NCBI GenBank assembly: GCA_018003315.1
Contig: JAGNEJ010000002.1
Coordinates: forward strand, 27,267-91,266
Reading direction: 5' to 3'
Length of the DNA: 64,000 nucleotides
Source: Verrucomicrobiales bacterium
GTDB lineage: Bacteria > Verrucomicrobiota > Verrucomicrobiia > Verrucomicrobiales > V1-33
Shown here: positions 36,452 through 44,400 of the stretch, in pieces
How the letters are laid out: every line of letters begins with the position of its first letter
Numbering within the stretch: the first letter of the stretch is position 1
Notes under the pieces: generated by a model
Databases searched by the model: none
What the model was told of the DNA's origin: nothing
The model's input: the letters and a program-made list of their open reading frames with translations, nothing else
Position numbers and translations under genes: made by a program

Positions 36452-36561
36452 TCGAAACAAGTTCGATATTTTACTCCTCCTAATGGTCCAGTTTCCTAGG
36501 TGATCAATGCGGACACTGGCACCGTTCGCAGGGAGGAGGCGCGGGGAATGATCCGTTGGCG

Positions 36562-36807
36562 TCAAGATACGGTGTGCTCCTCGACGTAGCGGACGACATC
36601 GCTCACCGCCTGGAGTTTTTCGGCTTCTTCGTCGGGCACTTCGATGGAGAATTCCTCTTCAAACGCCATCACCAGTTCCACTGTGTCGAGCGAGTCGGCT
36701 CCCAGATCTTCAATGAACTTCGCCTCCGGCACCACCTGCTCAGCATTCACTCCGAGCTGGTCCACGATGATGTCCCTGACTTTTTCTTCGATGGATTTTT
36801 CTGACAT
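36562..36807 (-). CDS. acpP: acyl carrier protein
   Basis: 81 aa. The phosphopantetheine attachment motif is [21 protein letters not shown]. Confidence 0.95.
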   Translation of the reverse strand: MSEKSIEEKVRDIIVDQLGVNAEQVVPEAKFIEDLGADSLDTVELVMAFEEEFSIEVPDEEAEKLQAVSDVVRYVEEHTVS

Positions 36808-36987
36808 AAAAATGATTGGCTATCGTTGCAGTTGGTCTTGGTATCTTGGTTGGGTCGAAACTGGCGGACTCATTAACAGCCGGGTCGGGGAATGCAACAA
36901 AATTCAAGGGAGCGATTTTCGCCATGCTTTGGCCGCGCAGGCACGGCATCATGCCGGGGGTGGTGAAACAGGGTTACGGTCCAGGCG

Positions 36988-37707
36988 TCATGACAGGGAA
37001 AGGGCCGCGCGCAGCGCCTTCAGTTCCTGGTCCACCTGCGACGGCGTCGGATGCACCAGCGTATCCGCCACGATCCGCCGCAGCGCCGTGCGGAACTGCT
37101 GCCGCAGCCGCGCCACGGTTTGCCGCAGCGCCTCCACCGACTGGCCCAGTTCCGCACCCAGCAATTCATAGGTCGGCGGCTCGCCCACCGGTGAGAGAAA
37201 AACCCGCAGCGTGTCAAACAAGAACACCTTCCCTGCCTCATCCCACGTTCGCCTCACGGCATTCACGGCATCACGCAGCACGCACACTGCCCAGTCATGG
37301 TCATACTGGCTTTCCGGAGATTCGCCGTCGCGCAACGGGACCTGTGCTTCCACGCTATCGGCATCCAGAGGAACGACCTGCACGCCACCGCCGCGCCGCT
37401 GCGCAGTGGAGCGGCGGTGCGCGTCGATTAAATCCCGTGAAAATGCTGCCAGCAAAAAAGTGCGCAGTCTCCCCTGCCCCACCGAGGCCGCATCGAGCGT
37501 GGTGTCATTCAGGATCGCGGCGAAAAACGCCTGGGTGGCATCCTCGGCATCCGCCCGCGGAAGACCGGCACGCCGGGCAAAGGCATACAGCGGCGGCCAG
37601 TAAAGCCGACAGAGTTCCTCCAGTGCCGCCCGCCGCGCGCCGCCGCTGCGGGCCGCTGCTACCAGACTCCATCGCGTGGACGGGAATGCGGCGGCGGTGT
37701 GTGACAT
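36988..37707 (-). CDS. ECF-type sigma factor (Planctomycete/Verrucomicrobial Sigma70_ECF-like)
   Basis: ORF 36988..37917. ATG 37707 gives MSHTAAAFPSTRWSLVAAARSGGARRAALEELCRLYWPPLYAFARRAGLPRADAEDATQAFF (region 2). The C-terminal HTH region is YELLGAELGQSVEALRQTVARLRQQFRTAL. Confidence 0.8.
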   Translation of the reverse strand: MSHTAAAFPSTRWSLVAAARSGGARRAALEELCRLYWPPLYAFARRAGLPRADAEDATQAFFAAILNDTTLDAASVGQGRLRTFLLAAFSRDLIDAHRRSTAQRRGGGVQVVPLDADSVEAQVPLRDGESPESQYDHDWAVCVLRDAVNAVRRTWDEAGKVFLFDTLRVFLSPVGEPPTYELLGAELGQSVEALRQTVARLRQQFRTALRRIVADTLVHPTPSQVDQELKALRAALSLS

Positions 37708-37768
37708 GCCTGAAACTAAGGGCGGAGCCGGACGGGAACAAGCCCCGTTTTGCGGAACGGAAGTTTTC

Positions 37769-38435
37769 GGCTCATCCCGGATTCGTGTGGGAAAAAGTCT
37801 GCGAAGCGGTTTTTTTTGAGGAAATGGGAGGATGACTGCGAAAGACCTCGAACCGATGCTGGGCCTGGCAAATCCTTGGCAGGTTACTTCTTTGGAGCTG
37901 GACCATGCGGCCCCCAAGGCGCGGCTGCGCGTGGCGTGTGCGGCGGCAGGAGCACGCGGAGTTGCCAGCGCAGGGAGACACCAACCTGACCAACACGTAG
38001 TATCGATGGCTGGCCAACCTCCTGAATTGGAGTTCTGAAAAACGCACCCGCTTCAAAGTCCTGGCGCGGCTCACGCGGAAGACATCGTGGGCCTTGGGAG
38101 ATCAAGAAACGCTTCGGCGGATTCTGGGAACAGACCGGCTCGCAGCAGAGCGCGGAGTAATTTGCGAAGTGGCACCGCCTCACCCTGCGCTGCCGCCTGG
38201 AGCCGATGAAGTAGCCCAGACGCCGCTTCAAAGCCAACCTGCGCGATGGCTCAACCGGTTTGCCCGCCCCAGCAGCAACGCCCTGGCCGAAGGCTTCAAC
38301 CGCGTGATCCAAGCCCTCAAATCCGCCGCCCGAGGTTCCGCAACTTCCCACACGACCGTGTCCGCATTCCCCTCCTCCTCGGAAAACGCGACCTCTCGCT
38401 GCCATGAAAATTCCCACACAATTCCGGGAAGAGTC
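37769..38435 (+). mobile_element. decayed, internally deleted ISL3-family insertion sequence with recognisable terminal inverted repeats
   Basis: IRL 37769-37793 is ggctcatcccggattcgtgtgggaa. The reverse complement of IRR 38411-38435 is gactcttcccggaattgtgtgggaa. They match at 21 of 25 positions. The repeats enclose transposase fragments. At 667 bp the element is about half the size of an intact ISL3 element. Confidence 0.75.
37832..38407 (+). pseudogene. ISL3-family transposase pseudogene (frameshifts, in-frame stops, internal deletion)
   Basis: The N-terminal fragment is MTAKDLEPMLGLANPWQVTSLELDHAAPKARLRV. Middle fragments in shifted frames are YRWLANLLNWSSEKRTRFKVL, then IKKRFGGFWEQTGSQQSAE*FAKWHRLTLRCRLEPMK*. 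The C-terminal SSNALAEGFNRVIQALKSAARG is followed after a frameshift by FRNFPHDRVRIPLLLGKRDLSLP*, which is the ISL3 C-terminal signature. Confidence 0.8.
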
Positions 38436-38500
38436 AAAATTGTGTGTCACGCGGCGCTGCGGAGTGCGCAGAAAGGGACGAAGAACCATTTTTTGCCGCC

Positions 38501-41389
38501 ATGAAGACCCCATCTTTCCGTTCCCCTCGCCGCTTCGGCGGCCTTGCTGTGTTTGCCGGGCTGGCCGGGCTTGTCTGCGCTGCGGACCGGGTGCCCAACA
38601 ACTGGAGTCACGATGATCCGGAGGTGATCGATGCGCATTTCGGCAACCGACTGTCGCCGATGCGCTGGGATTCACTTTCGGCGGACTTGCCGGTGGTGCA
38701 GATAACGACGGATCTCAATGGTGTGCAGACGGGCACCAGCCCGACGCTCTCCGGTGATGGCAACAACCACGGACTGCCGTTTCCGGGGACCCGGGATGCG
38801 GGTGGCTGGGTGCTTATGGGGGAAACTGGGCTCGGATTTATCTTCGACACAGTGCGGCTTAATGCCGCGCAGTTTGACAATGACGGTCCCGCCACCAGTG
38901 GTGCGGTGAAGGTGAAAATGGTGATTGATGAAAAGCGGGACTCCTATCACATCGAGCGGGATGAGCAGGGCAATGTGATCGTGTGCGAACCGGCCGGGAC
39001 AAGCCACGTCATCACGACCCGCGAGGCCGTCGTGACTTTCGCACAGGGGCAGGAAAGCCAGACGCTGCCCTGGGCGACCAATGTGGATCCGGACGGTCCC
39101 GCGACGTGCGACCGCTCACTCGACCTCTGGCGGGAGTATCAAATCTTTGTCGATCCCGTTTCTTTGAATTCACCGGATCCGGATCCTGACGATAGCCTGG
39201 TCATTTCCCGTCTGACGTCTGGCAAAAAATACTGCCTGCAAATCTCGGCGTTGGCATTTGATCCGATGGTGGTGTTTCATAATGGCTATCAGCAAGAGCC
39301 GGAAGGCGGCATTGGTTCGGCGGTGCTGGTTCCACCTGCTGGGAGCCGCACGTTGACGATCAATGGCGTGACGCCCGAATGGTTTCCGGGCGAAAGCCAA
39401 CTGCACTTCGTCGTGGCGGGAAAGGATCAGCTCCCGGCGGGTTTTGTCACCGGCCTGGGGGCGCTTGTTGCCCCGTTGAATCCCACGGCGGCCACGGGGA
39501 ATTATTCGCTGGAATTTTGGCTCATCGATCGCGATGCGGATTCCATCTTTGGCTCGGCGGGATCTGCGGGAGTAACCACAACCTATCAGAATTGTGTTTT
39601 TCAGCCTGGAGTAACGCTGCTGGGGGAAACAACCATGCTGGGCGCGACGGGTCGGGCCCAGGGGTCGCTTTCGGCGCAGAAACTGCAGATTCCACCAGAA
39701 GCACTGCTGCTGGATGCGGCGGGAAATCCACTGTTGCAGGGCACGGCTCCGGTTAGTGCGCCGTATTTGGGCCAGAGCGCCGTGTTTTCGCTCTCCGCCG
39801 CCACGGCACAGGCGATTTCCGATGCCTCGCAGGATGGCGTTTCCAGCCGTTCCATCGCCTCGATCATTTCGTCTGGCGCTGGCGGCATCGTGGGCGTGGG
39901 AGCGGGTGCCGGACTGACGGCGCAAACGAAGGCGGCGATCGTCGCGGCGGGAGCGGGTTTCGATTCCTCAACGGTCACCGGCATCATCGCGGCGGGTGCG
40001 GGAAATCCCGCCCTTCCCCCCGCCGCCGTGGGCGAGATCGTAGGCTCTGGCGCTGGTGGCGGTTTGAGCGGAGCCTCGCTGGATGCCATTCTGGCCACGC
40101 ACAATGTCACGGGGCTACATGTGCTGACAAAAGCCGCCATCGTCGCCGCAGGGGCTGGTTTCACGGCCGAAGCCGTGCAGAAAATCGCCATCGCCGGAGG
40201 CGGTATCGTCGCGCCTGGAGCCGGTGGCGGCATTGTGGCGCCCGGTGCGGGCTATGGGCTCACCTCGTCCATGTCCGCTTCCATCGTGGCGGCGGGTGCG
40301 GGTGGCATTGTGGCGCCGGGGGCTGGAGTTCAGCTTCCGGCATCGTCCTTCTCCACGTTTGCTCTGCTGGAGGGAAAAGTATTGCCTAACACGATGGCCT
40401 CGCAACTGGCCGGCATCGTGGCGGCCGGGGCGGGCGGGATCTCGGTGAGCCAGATCAACAACATCGTGGCATCCGGCGCCGGCGGAGGAGTGCTGCAAAC
40501 TGCCAGTGAACTGGTGAACAAGCCATCCGGCCTGCTGGCTGCGGATCTCTTTGCCAATGGGGCCACCCGCGAGGTGATGTTCGGCGAAACGAGCGGCAAC
40601 TTTACCCTGGGGAGCGCCGCATCTCTGGGAGTGGGGACTTTTTCCCGATTGCTGGCCCCTGGCAACAGCCCCGGCTCGGCCAAGGTGTTTGGCACGGCGC
40701 ACTTTGCGCCGACGGCGGTATTTGATGTCGAAATCTACGGACTCAACGGCGACATCCTGGCCGACGGGCTCGATGTCACGCAATCCGCCATGCTGGGCGG
40801 CAAGCTGCAAGTGAGCCTCTGGGAAGGGGCGGCGGCAACGCCCGGATTTGCAGACCGCACCTTCACCATCATCCGCTGCCCTGATGTGAGCGGCAGTTTC
40901 TCCAATGGGCCGCCCGGCGGCCGCATCGCCACCGCCGGCGGTGAAGGAACCTTCCTCGTCAGCCATACGGCGGCGGGAGTCACGCTCTCAGCCTATCAAC
41001 CGCTGCCCGCCGGCCCGCCTCACACCCTGGCAGCGTGGAAAGCGCACTTCGGCATTTCCGCCGTCGCCGACACGGTGGATTCCGATGGCGATGGCCTGAC
41101 TGTGCTGGCGGAATTCGCCTACGGCACCGATCCCACCGTGCCCTCCGCCCCGCCCGTCACCCACTTTTTCCAGTCCAGCGAAGTCCTGACCTGCCTGCCA
41201 GTGGACACCCGCAAGACCGGTCTGCGCTACCTCGTGCAGAGCAGCAGCGACCTCGCCACCTGGCAGACCGCCTACGACTCCGCCACCGACGCCACCCTGC
41301 GTCCCGGCATCGTGGAAAGCCGGCTCTCCAGCACCGCGCACGACGGGCCAATGAGATTTGTCCGGACAAAAATACTCACTGTTCCGTAG
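38501..41389 (+). CDS. giant secreted repeat protein 1 (IVxxGAG Gly/Ala repeats, passenger-like module, DSDGDG motif, conserved C-terminal module)
   Basis: ORF 38444..41389. ATG 38501 gives the signal peptide MKTPSFRSPRRFGGLAVFAGLAGLVCA. There are more than 12 IV[AG]xGAG motifs. LAPGNSPGSAKVFGTAHF..LGGKLQVSLWEG..FTIIRC resembles autotransporter/PEP-CTERM passenger ends. The C-terminus is DSDGDGLTVLAEFAYGTDP...MRFVRTKILTVP. Confidence 0.75.
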   Translation: MKTPSFRSPRRFGGLAVFAGLAGLVCAADRVPNNWSHDDPEVIDAHFGNRLSPMRWDSLSADLPVVQITTDLNGVQTGTSPTLSGDGNNHGLPFPGTRDAGGWVLMGETGLGFIFDTVRLNAAQFDNDGPATSGAVKVKMVIDEKRDSYHIERDEQGNVIVCEPAGTSHVITTREAVVTFAQGQESQTLPWATNVDPDGPATCDRSLDLWREYQIFVDPVSLNSPDPDPDDSLVISRLTSGKKYCLQISALAFDPMVVFHNGYQQEPEGGIGSAVLVPPAGSRTLTINGVTPEWFPGESQLHFVVAGKDQLPAGFVTGLGALVAPLNPTAATGNYSLEFWLIDRDADSIFGSAGSAGVTTTYQNCVFQPGVTLLGETTMLGATGRAQGSLSAQKLQIPPEALLLDAAGNPLLQGTAPVSAPYLGQSAVFSLSAATAQAISDASQDGVSSRSIASIISSGAGGIVGVGAGAGLTAQTKAAIVAAGAGFDSSTVTGIIAAGAGNPALPPAAVGEIVGSGAGGGLSGASLDAILATHNVTGLHVLTKAAIVAAGAGFTAEAVQKIAIAGGGIVAPGAGGGIVAPGAGYGLTSSMSASIVAAGAGGIVAPGAGVQLPASSFSTFALLEGKVLPNTMASQLAGIVAAGAGGISVSQINNIVASGAGGGVLQTASELVNKPSGLLAADLFANGATREVMFGETSGNFTLGSAASLGVGTFSRLLAPGNSPGSAKVFGTAHFAPTAVFDVEIYGLNGDILADGLDVTQSAMLGGKLQVSLWEGAAATPGFADRTFTIIRCPDVSGSFSNGPPGGRIATAGGEGTFLVSHTAAGVTLSAYQPLPAGPPHTLAAWKAHFGISAVADTVDSDGDGLTVLAEFAYGTDPTVPSAPPVTHFFQSSEVLTCLPVDTRKTGLRYLVQSSSDLATWQTAYDSATDATLRPGIVESRLSSTAHDGPMRFVRTKILTVP
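39868..40493 (+). repeat. dispersed IV[AGS]xGAG peptide-repeat region in giant protein 1
   Basis: SSGAGGIVGVGAGAG..AAIVAAGAGF..GIIAAGAGN..EIVGSGAGGG..AAIVAAGAGF..IAGGGIVAPGAGGGIVAPGAGYG..ASIVAAGAGGIVAPGAGV..AGIVAAGAGGI..NIVASGAGGG. The motifs are separated by variable spacers. Confidence 0.8.
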
Positions 41390-41490
41390 AAGATTCCAGT
41401 TCTGAAAAACAACACACCTTTGATACGATACTTCTGTCACACCCGGCTGAAAACGCCGCAGTTGGAGACCAGCCCGCAACTTCTCAACCC

Positions 41491-44400
41491 ATGAAAACTC
41501 GCACTCAGTTCCTTTCGCTGCTGGTTTGCTTCATTCCGTCCTCCCCGCTTCAGGCCGGAATTCTCGCCGACTCCAAAGCCGACTTCACCGGAGTGCAGGG
41601 TACCAACGGCTGGACCTACGGCTACCGGAACCTCGCGGCGGACGGCGGCGGGGAAAATTATGATCCGGCAACGGCGTTCATCCCGTTCACCGGAGGAGCG
41701 GGACAGGGGGCATGGAATGCGACAGCACAGCAGTTCAATCCCGGGCATTCCATCCAACCCTCGTTTCATCTCGCAGCGGCTGGCGCGACACCCTACACCA
41801 CCGTGGGCGCAGAATACACCCATCCCAACCAGACTCCGCTTCATTGGGCGGTGCGCCGCTGCACGTTGAATGTCGTCCCGGCGGGAGCGTCGCTGGCGTT
41901 CACATGGTCCATGCGCAAGCAGGACCCCGGCGGCGGCAACGGGGTGACAGGGGCGCTCTACGTTGACGGCAACAAGGTGGACGAGGTCGTGATTTCCTAT
42001 GCAGACACCATTGGCGTGACACGGAACTTCTACACTCACCTGCCCGCCGGGACGCATCGCGTGGACCTCGTGCTGAAATCCCGCGGCACCGATGGCGGCG
42101 ATCTCGACTGGTATGACGCCGTCTGGCAGCGGCTCGTGATCACAAACACGTTTCCCGAGTTTCCGATCAATCCGGATGGCTTGCTCTTCATTCCGCAGCC
42201 CGTCGTGGACACGGACGGCGACGGCCTGCCGGATGTTTGGGAGCGTTACCATGCCGGAAACCTCTCCGTCTTAAGCGCAGCCCCGGCGGACTTCGACAAC
42301 GACGGCCAGACGGATGCCGCGGAATTTGCCGCCGGCACCAGCCCCACGGCGGGAAGCGGTCCAGTGCAGCGCTGGAGTTTCAACGAAAAGCCTGGTCCAC
42401 TAACCGCCGCAGAGTTGAAAAACGAAGTGACCTTCTCCCAAAAGGCAGTGCCGCAAGGCTGGGGGCTGCGCGGCACGGGCCGCGGCGTTTCCATGCCCGG
42501 CGGACATCAGAACTTCGCGGGCTACATTGATCTGCCAAACCACATCGTGTCCCGCTATGACAGTTGCACCATCGAGGGCTGGGTGAGCGTGGATGCGGGC
42601 GGAAATTATTACGCGCGCGTCTTCGATTTTGGCGACTCGGCCTCCACGGAGTATTTCGGCCCCGGCGGTGTGACCGGTGAGGGTATGGACTTCATTGTTT
42701 ACAGCGCCTGCAATGCCTACAACTACGACCGGCCGGAGCTGGCATGGTGGGACCGCAGCACCGCCGGACTGCCGCCGCAGGGTCAGTTGCCGGTCTATAC
42801 CGTGAACTCGCCGACCACATTCGGACGCTTCTTCCATTTTGCATTCACGGCGGAAAAAACCGGCGCGGCGCAGAGCCGCATCAACTGGTGGATCAACGGC
42901 GTGCGCCATATCACCGACGTGACCCTTCCGGTCACGCTGGCGAACCTGCGTGACGTGAACAACTGGCTGGGCCGTTCGCAGTGGGCCGTGTGCGGCAATC
43001 TGGCCGCGACCTACGACGAGTTCCGCGTCTATCCGCGCGCACTCAGCGAGGCCGAAGTCCTCGCCAGCCGCACCGCCGGGCCGGATGCCGGGCTGCCCGA
43101 TACCGACAGCGATGGTCTGCCGGACTACTGGGAACAAATGTTCACGTCACCCGCCAGCACGACGTCATTGGCAGCCGCCAGCAACACCGACAACGACGGC
43201 CTCACGGCGCTTCAGGAATATCAGAACTACTCCGACCCGGGAAGAGCGGACACCGACGATGATGGCATGAACGATGGCGCGGAGGTCGCCGCCGGACGGC
43301 TGCCGCACTTCGCAGAACTCGCTCCGGTGAATTACAGCGGCGGAGTCGCGCCGGGCGATTGGAACAACGCCCCCAACTGGATGTCGGCGGGCGTGCCGAA
43401 CGACACGGCCACCACGAAATTCTCCGCCCGCTACGACAAAGGCGGCGAAGTCGAAATCAAGTCACCAGTCACCGTGACCGACCTGCAATTCTACGGCGGC
43501 TCGCGGCTGAAGCCCGGCGCGGCGGGCGCTTCACTCACTGTGCAGCGGAACCTGAGCATCGGCGGCGAATTCAAGGACATGGGCACGATCAATGCCGGCA
43601 GCGCCACCCGCGGCGGCATTCAAATTGACAGCGCCTCCGTCTTCTGGCCACAGAGCAACTGGCTCACCCTCGTGAACACCACGCTGGTGAACAAAGGCCC
43701 GGATGGCATTCTGCGCGGCGAGGAGACGCTGAGATTCTACGGCGGCGCGCGGCTGGAGAATGACGGGCGCTTCTTTTTCCCGCTCAGCGCCTGGCTCTAC
43801 AATGACGACGGCCACGCGGGCAATCTCGTCGTCAATCGCGGCGTCTTCACCTTCGATGCGCCGGGCGGGGAGACGACCTTCCACGTCCCGACGAGCACCC
43901 GCGGCGGCGTGTGGGACGTGCGGCGCGGCAACGTCAGCCTCGGCACGTTCAACTCGGCGCCGTTCAGCCACTTCATGGAGGATGCCACAGTCCGGCTGCC
44001 TGCTTCGTCCACCATGTATCTGCGCAATCAGGCCACCGCGACGTTTGCGGGCAATTCCATCGTCGAAGGCGACGGCCAGGTGTACATCATCGGCGGTGCT
44101 CTGCATCAGCAGGACGGCAACCTGCCGGTGAAGAATCTCGTGCTCGAGCGCGGCGGCATCAGCGGCGCGGCCGGCTCGCAGATGATCGTGGAAAACCTCG
44201 AGCTGCGCCACGGCACGCTCGCGCACGCCGGCACCTTCGCCGCCAGCAACGGCTTCCAGTTCCGCAACAAGCAGGACTTCTTCTCCGACACCTGGATCAA
44301 GCTGCGCGAGTCGCAGCTCGACCTCATCGGCCCGGCGAACGAGTGGGCCAAGACGGATGGCGTGCTGTCGTTCGGCACGCTGGCACGATTGAGGATTCAT

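Noticed and set aside
41035-41490. Upstream extension of the giant protein 2 ORF that overlaps the 3' end of giant protein 1
   Set aside because: The extension is R/H/P-rich and has no signal peptide. In-frame ATG 41491 gives a classical signal peptide right after the gene 1 stop.
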